From assembly GCA_032718475.1 (NCBI GenBank), contig JAUCBJ010000347.1, forward strand, positions 1-64,000: a stretch of DNA of 64,000 nucleotides, read 5' to 3'. Shown in pieces: positions 52,363-63,541 of the stretch (positions within the stretch are counted from its first letter, which is position 1; every line of letters starts with the position of its first letter). The position numbers and the translations under genes were made by a program. This DNA is from Nemertoderma westbladi. Lineage: Eukaryota > Animalia > Xenacoelomorpha. A model generated the notes under the pieces. That model did no database searches, was not told where the DNA came from, and saw only the letters and a list, made by a program, of their open reading frames with translations.

Positions 52363-54477
52363 GTCGGATTCGAACCTGGATTCATTAACATAAATGGAAA
52401 TAATACATTCTGGAATACGGTAATTGAAGTTGTTTCCATGTCATTGATGACTTTGCACTTTGCAGCGTTCCGTCCTATAGGCCGCAACGCTGCAAAGTAG
52501 TACTGTACCTTGCAGCGTTACGAGTAATTCAGTACAAGCATTTTTTCCATACAAACTACTATTAAGCCTCGGTACCATTATAGAACGCATTAGATTACTT
52601 TATAGGCCAACTGTTCTTGCATTCCAACCAGAATTTAATGGACTTTCTGGTGAATAATTTTTTTTTTTAATTTCAATTTTTTTTCATATATTTAGCTTAT
52701 TTTTTGAAAAAATGACCTAATTTTCAAAAAAAATTGCCAAACTGACAGTCATATAGACAGAAACGACGAGGCCAAATTTGAATATTGACATCAGAAATAA
52801 AGTCACCGACCACAAAACCCATATAGGGAATTTTTTAGACAGATAGTTTGCTTTTTACTGACGGACAGACATACTGACGGACAAACCGACAGTCAATCGG
52901 ACAGACAGCCATATCTCGAGAAGTAAGACAGATCTTGCTAAACGGTTTTCAAATTTGGAATCTTCATAAAAATCTGCTCTAAATGAAACGGAAAAAAAAT
53001 TTGAAAAAAATATTTGAACGCCTGTACTACTCCCCTTAAGTTGACATAATGTAGCAAAAGCTTTTGTTACATACATTATGTAATTCGATACGTCCTATAG
53101 AAGACATACGAATAAGAATATGAGCAAAGAAAATATGGCAACAGTGTTCTATAAAACTGAACGGACACAGACGGTGACTAAGTTTGCTTCAGTCGTAGAT
53201 GGATCAACGATGGATCATTTACTGTATGTTCTACTGTAATGAGCATAATATTAATGCAGTAGGAGAATAAGAGTCACTTGAGCCAAATGGTACAGTAGGT
53301 TCGGGCCATGTGCCTGTGGCACTACTTCCCTTAGTCCCAACTATCTAACTAAGTTTGAACCCATTTGATGACAATTGATGGATGCAGGAAGTTCTTTCGT
53401 GAGTCATTGATCTTTCATCAAATGTGTTATATTGTTATAAATTTCATTGTGGTGCATCGCGAAGGCTCGAAATTTCAACCCCCTTGGGATCCGTCAAGAT
53501 ATAGACGAAATTTAAAGAATTTTTTTTTTCCTTATTTTCTTTACCATTTGGCAACTTCTGTGCACCGGTAGAACAATGAAATCTAAAAAAAAGTGAAAAA
53601 CGAACCGCTCTATGTACGCCTAAAACTGCTTAGGCTAGGACTCTTCTAATACTGTTGCTATAATTATCCTTACATGATTTCACCCACTTTATCTGCTCCT
53701 TACAGCATTTGGAACACTTTATATCTACCTGCCCTCTACAAAGTGAAAAAACCCTACACTACAGTAGGTCGACCACTCTTTCCATTCCTTACATGATTTC
53801 AAAGTCCAATCAATTAATACAGTAGTTCAATAACAGTAGTTCAATGCCCGACCAGTTTGTAATAAATACTGTATTAAATCCAATTAAATATTTTGTAATG
53901 TCCACTGTATGATACCACAAGTAGGGCCTAGTGCTCAGTTAAATGAATTTACTGTTTTTTTATACGCACAAATGTTGCCTTTTATAACGGCGATTCACAA
54001 ACCCAACATTTGTCTACAAAGCTTTGTACATATTTCCGCCATGATCACTGTTATGATGTTATAGCGCCGCTAATATCAATGAAAATCTACAATGATTACT
54101 GTATAGTCTGCTCTTAACAATAAACTTTGCAGAAAGTTGTTGCATTGCAAGCAATAAGGCGTACTGCTGTTCTATATTAGGCGTACTGTACGTCTTGATT
54201 GCAAGCGGCATGGCCAGAAATATATTTGTAAGTTCTTATGTTACAATGTTTATGTTATACTCATATAATTATAATACGCGATAAAACACCTCATGTATTA
54301 TGTTAGTATAAAAATCTAACGGCAATTTGTAGTGTCGTCTATCATATTTGTAGGGGCCTACTGTACATGTACAAGTATCTTGAAATCATACTAATAGGGG
54401 CCTACCAATAAAGATCTTACCACCAGTCATATAACTTTACTGTATCAATAAATGTTTAATAACAACTCAATTAAAAA

Positions 54478-56290
54478 TGGTTGAGGGAATTGCTTGCTGA
54501 TAACGGGGGGTCTGGATGGGGGGTCTTGATGATTGATGCTCGAAACGCCTTCAACGCTGTAAACCGGGTAGCTGGGCTGGGGACCGCTCGCATTATCTGG
54601 CCTTCGTGTAGCCGCTTTTTGTTTAATACCTACCGTGGTCATCCACCACTAATAGTGCGGGGAACTGATGTGATCTTTTTTCCAAGGTGGGAGCAACACA
54701 GGGTGATCCATTATCAATCAACTTTTTTATGCATGCTCTGTGCTACCTCTTATTAAGCTCTTACAACATTCGGATACCATACAGATGTTATGCTGATGAT
54801 TCTCAGCAGGGGCCAAACTTGAAGCCCTCCGGCATTGGCTAGTCAAAATTATAGAAATGGGACCATCCATTTGCTACTTCCCAGAGCCAGAAAAGTCTTT
54901 CCTGGTCGTCAATGAGTGTGACCGCCAGGCTGCACAGGAGATCTTCTCCAATTATGGAGTCACAGTGGTTTGCAGTCACAGGTTCCTAGGAGGGTTCATC
55001 GGTGTGAAGTAGGAAGAAACTGAGTATGTAAGGGCAAAAGTTCATTACTGGATTGATGGGGTTAAGCGACTCGCTGAAATGGCTCGAAGTCAGCTATAGG
55101 GCTTTTGCAGCATTACCGAAATCACTTCAAGGCAAATGGGGGTACTTACAGCGAGTCACGCCAGATTGTTCTTCACATTTTGCTCCACTGGAGCACGCCA
55201 TTCAAGACCACTTTCTACACCTGTTGGATGCAACTGTTGCTTCCCTTGATCGACAACTCTACTCTCTTCCAGCACGAAAAGGAGGACTGGGTATACCTAA
55301 TCCAACACAAACATGCAGGCTCGCTAATAAGTCTTCTAAAGAAGGCACTAGGCCTACTGTTGTGCAAGGTGCAATTCTCCTCGGTCGATATCCTTATTCA
55401 ACTCACGCCCATGAGCTAACATTAAAAGAAGCACATGCTCAAAGAGAACAGGAACAACGAAAAAGTGATGAACAGTCGTATAACGAGATAATACCTAACT
55501 TCCGAACATCACATCCTGAGAAAGCTAGGCAGTAGATGTGCAGTAGATGGCAAGACCTCGGTTTGGCTAACAGTTCTGCCAATTGAGCGCCAACAGTTCA
55601 ATCCCTCATCCCAGGAGTTTCATGACCAACTCGCCTTGCGATATAGTCTGTCTATGGACTCCTTACCATCTAGGTGTTATGATGGTGGGGGGCCATTTCT
55701 CCTCAGACCATGCCATGAATTGCAAATCAGGTGGGGTTGTAGTGCGGCGGCACAATGAGGTCCGAGATGCTCATGGGGACCTTGTTGCATTAGCATACAC
55801 AGAAGTGCAGCGGGAACCAGTGGTTTGGGAGGCGATTTTTGAAAATAGGGACCCTGGATTAAGGGCAGCTTTGCGGATCCGTGGAAAGTGGCAACCACAG
55901 ACCGAGGCGTTGCTTGATTTTAAGGTAATGAACCTTGACGCCCGATCATATATAGGCCGCAGTACAGCTGTAGTCCTTGCCGAATCAGAAGAAATCAACT
56001 CACGTAAATAGAGAAATGCCTGTGAAGAAAGGAGGGCTTCCTTTACTCCCATGGTGTACTCGATAGTTGGTGTTGCTGGAAGAGAGGCACAAATATTTCT
56101 AAAGAATCTAGGGGGTTGACTGGTTACAAAATGGGGCAAAGGCTATGGGGAGGTTATGGGATGGGTAAGGGGTCATCTTCAATTCGCTATTATTCGGGCT
56201 ACAGGTCACTCACTGTCTTAGGCGGTCGAGATCCAAATGACGAAGTGGTTTAGGACTAGAGGATGCTGCAGGGATGAGACTGTCAATGAA
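54478..56290 (+). mobile_element. 5'-truncated, decayed CRE-type non-LTR retrotransposon (RT, zinc knuckle, restriction-like endonuclease)
   Basis: GVLMIDARNAFNAVNR, QGDP, YADD (~54789), LPARKGGLGIPNP, HAMNCKSGG..RHNEVRD, LRIRGKWQPQTEALLDFKV, ACEERRASFTPMVYS, KWGKGYGEVMGWVR, spread across frameshifted ORFs. Confidence 0.88.
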
Positions 56291-56789
56291 GTAATTCGGG
56301 CTTGGTTTCCGAAGTAATGGTTTACTGCACTGAAGCAGTCAATAACCTAATAACTCATTGAATTAATTTATGCGAACCTATATACAGTAGTTACTATTAT
56401 AATATAATATATCACCGTTTACTTCGATTAAAAATGGCTTAAAAATAATTAAATTGAATGTATTTTCAATATTAATTATAAAAATGGTGGATAATTGAAA
56501 AATTATACAGTAAGCCTATAATAACCTTTGATTCAAATATATATTAATTGAGTGTCATTAGCATGATGCCCGCGTTACGTACCCACGGGTTCTTATTGGC
56601 AACTACAGTATAATCGAAGTGTCAGAAATTAGCTATGAAGAACAAAACAATAAATACATAACAAATAATTAAATAGTTCTTGCGCATTAAGATATAGGTA
56701 CTTAACATTTTTGAGAGGTAGGCCTACTTAAAATTATTATCTGAGCGAATAATAAGTTTAAAATTAATATTATGTTAATAACAGTATAG

Positions 56790-56880
56790 TATAATAATAA
56801 CAAATATATATAATAATAATAATAACAAATATATATAATGATAATAATAACAAATATATATAATAATAATAATAACATAA
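56790..56880. repeat. (AAT)n-based compound tandem repeat
   Basis: Repeated (TAA)n-CAAATATATA units. Confidence 0.8.
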
Positions 56881-57756
56881 ATGTCTGGAATGTTTCAAGG
56901 ACTTGCCGTGACTAATCCACTTTATGTACTGTGTGTTGATAAGCGGTGCAGTTTAAACGCAAACCAATAGGTACTTACTAAATACTAAAGTCCACTTGGA
57001 TAAATTGTTTCCTGTTTCTCACATGACACTGTGGAACTGAGTTTGAGAGTTTTTGACTAACGGTACCGCCCACATTATAACATAGAATGGGGCGAGTTAT
57101 AATTATAACGAATCTGTCTTTAGACTGGGTAGTTTTTGTACAAAACTACGCAGCCAGGCCGGCAAAACTATAATTCTTAGAGTAGATCATAGGCCTACTG
57201 TAAGATCTAAATAAATTTAATTTTTTATATACTTTATATTAAGATTGTTAAGATCAGACTATGATCATTGTCGATTTTAATTGACAAACATCTTAGAAGG
57301 GATACAGTATACGGTAGTTCTGCAGTGAGGATTGTGGAAATCCAAAGATGGTAGATTATTGGGAATGTTCAGATTCAGATACAGTACTAGCGCTGTGGAG
57401 GGAGATTGATTGAAGGAATTCAATCAATGAACCTTCCTGTTCTGATATTTGTGAACTTCAAATGCTGCAAAATTGAGCAGCAAAATCCGGCAAAGTCTAC
57501 GACCTTTCGGTAAATTTTTAAATTAACATAGGGTCTAATGAATTACCGTACTAATAATGTACTAGGTCAGAGTCTGGCCACTCAGCTATTGCTGCATTGA
57601 CCAATCTACCAATGCTGACCCTGATAGTACTGCAGTATTCTGGTATTCTCAGAATTAGCAGAGCAGAGAGTATCAATCAACCTTAATTCAGTAATTGTTA
57701 ATACTGCAGTAGGCCTACTGCTATAGTAATAATATACCGGTAATAATTTCTTAATT

Positions 57757-58363
57757 ATGAGTTCCGGTCGAAAACAAACTCCTAGTGACTTCCTGAAGCA
57801 AATAGTCGGTCGCCCTGTCGTCGTTAAATTGAACTCAGGATCTGACTACCGCGGTGTATTGGCCTGTCTTGATGGCTATATGAATGTGGTTTTGGAGCAA
57901 ACCGAAGAATATTTAAATGGGCAGCTGAAAAAGAAATATGGCGATGCGTTTATTCGCGGAAATAATGGTAAGTTAATGTTGCTCAGTTGCTACTGTTGTG
58001 TGGTAGTGCCGGTACGGCGGCACCGTATTGAAGCTGTGAACAGGTGAAGCTGGAAATCTGTGACATAAATCAGCAATTGTGCAAGATGACAGAATGAGCA
58101 AAGTATTTAGCGTAACTGATGAACTGTCAACTACCGTTGCCGTTAGCTGACTGCAGGACTGGGGTGCGGTGCGGCGGTTTAAGTACCGGTTACCGGTTAA
58201 GTCCAAGTCGGTTTAAAACCACGGGTCGGCGGTCGGGGTTAACTCTTAACTGTAAAAAGACGATACCGGTAGTTATAGAAAAACACTGCTGCACTGGACT
58301 AATATTTTTCGATTTTTTTAACTTTCAGTTTTGTATATAAGCACACAAAGGCGAAGAACTTAA
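57757..58363 (+). CDS. LSM6: U6 snRNA-associated Sm-like protein LSm6; 2 coding exons, 81 aa
   Basis: Exon 57757-57967 encodes MSSGRKQTPSDFLKQIVGRPVVVKLNSGSDYRGVLACLDGYMNVVLEQTEEYLNGQLKKKYGDAFIRGNN with a phase-1 GTAAGT donor. Exon 58329-58363, after TTTCAG, completes VLYISTQRRRT*. Matches the conserved LSm6 sequence. Confidence 0.97.
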
Positions 58364-59173
58364 TGAAGGCTATAAGAATTTTGAAGATTAATTTCAAACC
58401 TAAAGTCGTTTCTGCTGGCGAGCTATAATAATCTATACAAACCATGAGAACTGGAACTACCGGCAACCGTGAATATTGAACAAATGTTGAATATATTTAT
58501 ACTGATATATTCGAGTTTACTGACTGCTTCCAGTGGTATAGGTATTACTGATTAGACTGAAATTAGCATTATAAGTTGCGGTCTGTTATAGTTCATAACG
58601 TGAACCATAACTTTGCAATATTACATACTATACTACACGTGATAATTAATTTTTCGTTGTTGAAATTGTTGAATAGTGTCATTTTCTGATGACACGGACC
58701 CCCCCCCCCCCCCCTCCCCCCCAGATTTTTCTACAAATCTTTATCATATTGTTTGAAATTTGAAACACAACTAGTTCCACTCACCGTGGTTGTTACCATG
58801 AAGAAGGAATTTTCGATTTCGCCTTTAAATTTTATTTATAAGTGTTTTAAAAACGTGTCTTTTCCGAAATCGCACCCTCCGTGTCGTGGCCATACTTCAC
58901 ATTAGTCGTAATTTTTTCATATTATTAGAAAGCTTGCCTTGCAAGGATTCGAAATATGTAACAATTTCTGAAATTCGTTGACGGAAATACGGAGCCCCTA
59001 ATATGCCAGGAGAAAAAAAACGTCAAATATTTCGCGTTCCCTCGCGTAATATTTCCCGTTTCCTCGAGTAAGATATTAGAAATTAAGACATAATTAAATA
59101 TTACCCTTAAAAATAACCAAGTAAAGGTTATATGAATGCTAGACTTGGAAGTGATGGGAAAGAGGTACAGATT

Positions 59174-59553
59174 AACACATTGATAGTAACAATGTGTTGG
59201 CAAGCTGTATTTTTCGAGGTGTTTGTTATTATATATTTATTATAGGAAGGAATCTAGGGGTCTTAACCTTGAATGATAAGTTTATTTTACCGAAAATAAC
59301 TTATCTTTTATTGGCGCAATTGTAGGACTAATCCCATCACATGCGTACTTTTTAACCGGGTAGTGTACAAATTTAGGAATCGCGTAATTTTTTCTTGAAA
59401 TTAATATCTCATATCTCTCCAAACCACGTACGCGTTTCGACCTTACTGGGTCTCATCAGCGTGGTGTCGGATTCGAACCTGGGACCTCGAGGTGGAAGCC
59501 GAGACAAGAACCACTAGGCCACAGGTTCTTGAGATATGGAGTATTAATTTCAA
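59174..59553 (-). mobile_element. tRNA-head/hammerhead element, copy B (apparently complete head)
   Basis: Minus strand: tRNA-like head from 59528 with A box TGGCCTAGTGG (59521-59511) and B box GGTTCGAATCC (59479-59469), then the hammerhead (59465-59423). 23-bp inverted repeats at 59531-59553 and 59395-59417. ~250-bp body ending in a 9-bp hairpin at 59174-59198. Confidence 0.85.
59423..59465 (-). ncRNA. Minimal type I hammerhead ribozyme (copy B)
   Basis: Identical 43-nt sequence to copy A. CUGAUGA at 59459-59453, GAAA at 59438-59435, GUA cleavage triplet with predicted cut between 59429 and 59428. Confidence 0.88.
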
Positions 59554-59629
59554 AGCCAGCTGCCATTTATATTATATTATAATATAATATATTTACATAT
59601 TGAAAATGTTATAGAATTTATTGACAATA

Positions 59630-60530
59630 CTATTCGCTCCGGCTTTGGTAGCATGGATACAGAATGATGCACGCCAATTTCGTGAAAGAAGGCTTTAAGG
59701 GAAAAAAAGGAGGGTTTGCGCACCATATTGCAGTACCTGGATCCAACTGGTGTGGAAATTCGAACCTCCAAACGATTGAAACGACGACTATAATTTGCCA
59801 AAGGGCCTAATTATTTTTGGCATCTAGATGGATACGATAAACTGAAACCATTTGGTCTATGCATAAGTGGGTGCATCGATGGTTTATCAAGAAAGATTAT
59901 CTGGTTGAACGTTTACCGAACTGATAATGATTATAAGTTAATTGCTGGCTATTTTTTGGAGGCTATTATTTCGTTAAAGGGGTGTCCTATGATTGTACGA
60001 GGTGATATGGGAACCGAAAATGCACGAGTCGTAACGATACGCGATATTTGTGGCGCGAGTACGGCTAACAAGCCCGTTGAATTGTTTTGGGCGATGCTAA
60101 GACGGGACTGAACCGAATATTGGATTGCGTTTTTTCACAACCTGCAGGATACGGGATTGCTCAACGGCAGTTATCTACACAAAAGTGTGGTGCAGTTTAC
60201 CTTTCTAATTCAAACTGAACTATATAGGTTTGCTAAAGCTTGGCAATGGCACTTGATAAGATCGATAAGACCAAATGTGCCCTCTGGTAGACCGGATGTG
60301 ATGCATGAGGCGCTACAATTATGGTGTGCTACCGAGCAGAGCCAGTTCACAACAAAAGAAGATATCCATAATTCGACAGAGGAAGTGATATTCCGGACAA
60401 CATCAGGCTATTGTGATAATGATATTTACAATTTTGGCTGAAAACGATTTTCAGCTGCCAAATTCCCCTTCCAGCGCTCAGAATTTGTATACTTTTTTAG
60501 TCACCAGCATTGAGGAGGCAATTGGTGGTA
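59630..60530 (+). mobile_element. Decayed IS3EU-like DDE integrase/transposase
   Basis: GYRMMH..LDPTGVEIR..RLKRR..KGPNYFWHLDGYDKLKPFGLCISGCIDGLSRKIIWLNV..CPMIVRGDMGTEN..STANKPVELFWAMLRR..W..HLIR..PSGRPDVM, with in-frame stops. Confidence 0.8.
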
Positions 60531-60820
60531 GTGAGTGACTGAACACTGAACTAACTGATTGTTTTGTGTAAGTCACACCTAACACGTGTACTAAGTAACA
60601 CGTTCATGGGAGGAGTGCGAACTGTGCAAAGCCTTAGCATAAGGGTACCATTAATTAAAGAGTATAGTCGTCAACACAATACTCGTCTCCTTCATTTGCC
60701 TCGCTGCTCTCGTTCGTTTTTGACTGAGCTTCAGATTCTTCTCCATGACCCAAGGTAGGTCTACTGAAGTCTTCCTTAGTTGATTATTATTTACTGTATT
60801 GTTATCAAGTTCCCACCAAC

Positions 60821-62636
60821 TAGTGCTGCGAACTGAATCAATATTTGACTAGTTTCAGTTCTAATAAACCTATTTATTTCAGTTCCAGTTCCCAAAAAAA
60901 AATAGTTTCAGCTCTAGTTTCAGTTTGAATGAGGCTGTTTATTTAAGTTCCAGTTTCAGTTCCGGAAAAAAAATAGTTTCAGTTTCAATTCAAGTTTCAT
61001 AACAATAATAAGTAATAAGAAGGCCTACCGCTGTCATCCTATAGCAACCACAATACTGTATATATATTCAGTACTAACTGTATATATTTATATTTATGGG
61101 CCAGTGTTGAGAATTCCAGAATTATATGAATATTAATTATTATCCTACAATAACTGAATAATAATTATAGTAGTAGTAATTTTATTGACAGAATATAGGA
61201 ATAATACCTATATAAACCACCGCAAGGAAGTGCAGGTAATATTAACATTCGCAATACCTTCCCAAAAGTTAATAATTACAAACTCCGCTGGGGGGAGCTG
61301 AAAACACGCCTTTACTTTATGCCGTAACCGTATATGTATAGTATCAAAGGCTGAACAGAGGCCTACCAGTACTACACAATAATATTCCAGAATATAATTA
61401 TTTTATAGCCAATCTCTGACCAACTCCATCGCTAAGGGTTATTGCTTTTATCATAGGCTTCTCCCTGCATAGCTTACACTACATAACTTACAAGGAATAT
61501 ATCGGGGGTGGATGTGCACGGTAATTCAGTCTTCTGGTGCACGGCCTACTTACCAGTAACTTTGTATAAGGAGAGTTGACATTATAAGAATCGTTCTAGC
61601 TAAAACAACGTACCAGTGCAGTAGAGTAGCTTGGTTCTTTCAACATTTTTTTTTACTTAATTATTTACTAAGTGTTAGTAGTAGTTTGTTGTATGTTGAA
61701 TTCTGAGCTGAAATGTTTAGGTTGGGTTATCTGTCAATTTTGACATACATCGATACATGTTCACAATTTTCATCATAGAATTAATGTAGAAGTAAACTAC
61801 TTTTTATTCCACCCTGAAATTGTTTGTTTGGCAAATTGGCATCCTACTGAATGTACTAGTCTGGCTACCTTCGCCTTGCGTTCATAAATAAAATAATAAT
61901 ACAATGAGTCGGCCTACACAGTACATATACAGTACAAATTATTTGCATCGTTTGCACTGGCTAAATGTATTTCCATTTCCGCAATGACTTCATCTAGCCA
62001 AGCCTGCACAACCGGCAGAAAGCAGACATCAGCCATTCGTTTATTCTACAAGAGGGAAGGTGACGTTTTTGTTCATGATGATGATCAACAGTGTGAGTTT
62101 CAGTCAAAGTGTGCCAACGGTCCAAGTAATTAAAAAAAACATTTAGAGCGGCGTCACCCAATACAATACGAAAAATTTAAATCGGCCGAGAAAGACATAA
62201 TTTTAAGTATAAAAGAAGCAGGGGCAATAAAAAAATCCAAACTTCAAGCTCAAACTGGTTCTTTAGATGATTATTTAACAACCGTAAAGAAGGCAAAAGT
62301 TTCAACTGGAGAAGGAGAATCTCTCGTGCCCATGTAGTTTCCAAATCAACAAAAACTGGTTTTGATATAGGCCTAAGTGACATATCTTTTATTTTTATTC
62401 CCTGGGGGGGGGGGGGGGGGGGCAATATTGTAATTTATGTTTACATTTATTTTCAATTTATTACTTCCAGTTTTCAATTTTCAGGAATTCAGTTCTAGTT
62501 CCAGTTCCAGTATTTCAATATATCACGTTTCAGTTCTAGTTTCAGTTTAAAAAAAAAAAGTTTCAGTTCCAGTTCAGAAGAAATGCCAAAAACAATTTCA
62601 GTTCGATTTCAGTTCCAGTTTCAGTTCGCAGCACTA
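60821..62636 (+). mobile_element. hAT non-autonomous element, 1.8 kb, with BED-finger remnant
   Basis: 17-bp TIRs TAGTGCTGCGAACTGAA / TTCAGTTCGCAGCACTA. 8-bp TSD CCACCAAC at 60813-60820 and 62637-62644. (AGTTTC/AGTTCC)n subterminal repeats. GRKQTSAI...C.....C..GPSN*KKHLERRHP at ~62014-62160. Confidence 0.92.
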
Positions 62637-62731
62637 CCACCAACATCAAAGTATGAATTCGGTCTTGGTAGCATTTATATGCAATCCAACCTTTTTATGA
62701 TAAAAAAAACAAAAATTAAGGGGGGGGGGGG

Positions 62732-63541
62732 GGGTGTAGGACAATTCAGTCCCGGACAATTCGGTCACGGACAATTCGGTCCCAACACACTAAATAAATG
62801 GTAAATGGGACCGAATTGTCCGGGACCGAATTGTCCTAGGAACGAATTTTCCTAGTGCCGAATTGTCCGGGACCGAATATTTTATATAATTATTTATTTT
62901 TTTTTTAATATCCGGATATAATATTCCGGATATTTTTTTATGGTAGCTAGTGTTTTTTACTAGCTAAATTTTTTTGAAATTTTAAAAATACTGCATTTTT
63001 TTATTTTTGTTATTGGTAAGTGTTCGAGAACATTATTATATATTATTTCAGGTTTAGCTAGTGTTTTTTTTACTAGCTAGTATTTTCTTGAAATTATAAA
63101 AAAAACTTGTTAAAACATTGATATTTCAGAATTAGGCCTAAACTGTTGCAGATTATATTAATTACCAAAAATATTGATGATATTATAACAGTCCCTGAAT
63201 GAGATCCAGCTATTATCTAAGATAATAATTTAGGCTTGTTAACCAACCAACAACAAATACAGTATAGGCCTACATACAAAGCAAAAAAAAATACTAGCGA
63301 GTAAAAAAAAAAACACTAGCTAAGCTACCATATAATAATATCTATTAAGGTTCTAGAACATTCACAATTATATAGTACCAATTAAATTCGGTCCCGGACA
63401 ATTCGGTCCCGGACAATTCGGTCCCATTAATATGTTTGTTTTAAGACCGAATTGTCCTAGTCAGTATCCGGACAATTCGGTCCCGGACAATTCGGTCCCA
63501 ACCAAAACACAAAATTAATGGGACCGAATTGTCCTACTTCC
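62732..63541. mobile_element. Foldback MITE with 15-bp subterminal repeats GGACAATTCGGTCCC, inserted in a poly-G tract
   Basis: GTAGGACAATTC.. at 62736 and ..GAATTGTCCTAC ending at 63537. Multiple direct and inverted 15-mers at both ends. Internal inverted arms near 62943 and 63300. G runs on both flanks. Confidence 0.8.

Larger units (their letters stand above)
51806..52379 (-). mobile_element. tRNA-head/hammerhead element, copy A (5'-truncated before the B box; interrupted by a SINE)
   Basis: Apart from the SINE insertion, ~300 bp nearly identical to 59179-59482 (about seven differences counted by eye). Keeps the B box (52366-52376) and the hammerhead. Confidence 0.85.
51703..53195. mobile_element. 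Foldback element with ~100-bp inverted arms hosting nested insertions
   Basis: CGACTGAAGCAAACTTAGTCACCGTCTGTGTCCGTTCA (51703-) is the exact reverse complement of 53158-53195. Weaker similarity extends ~65 bp further inward. No clear TSD. Confidence 0.75.

Noticed and set aside
57318-57510. Plus-strand Cys-containing frame with two in-frame TGA codons as a selenoprotein exon
   Set aside because: No recognisable selenoprotein motif, no convincing splice context and no SECIS seen.
57968-58047. C-terminal extension of the LSm6 ORF (GKLMLL...)
   Set aside because: Intron read-through; the true C-terminus is encoded at 58329-58363.
59466-59528. Head of the hammerhead element as a functional tRNA gene
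   Set aside because: The acceptor, D and T stems do not pair fully; only the A and B boxes are intact.
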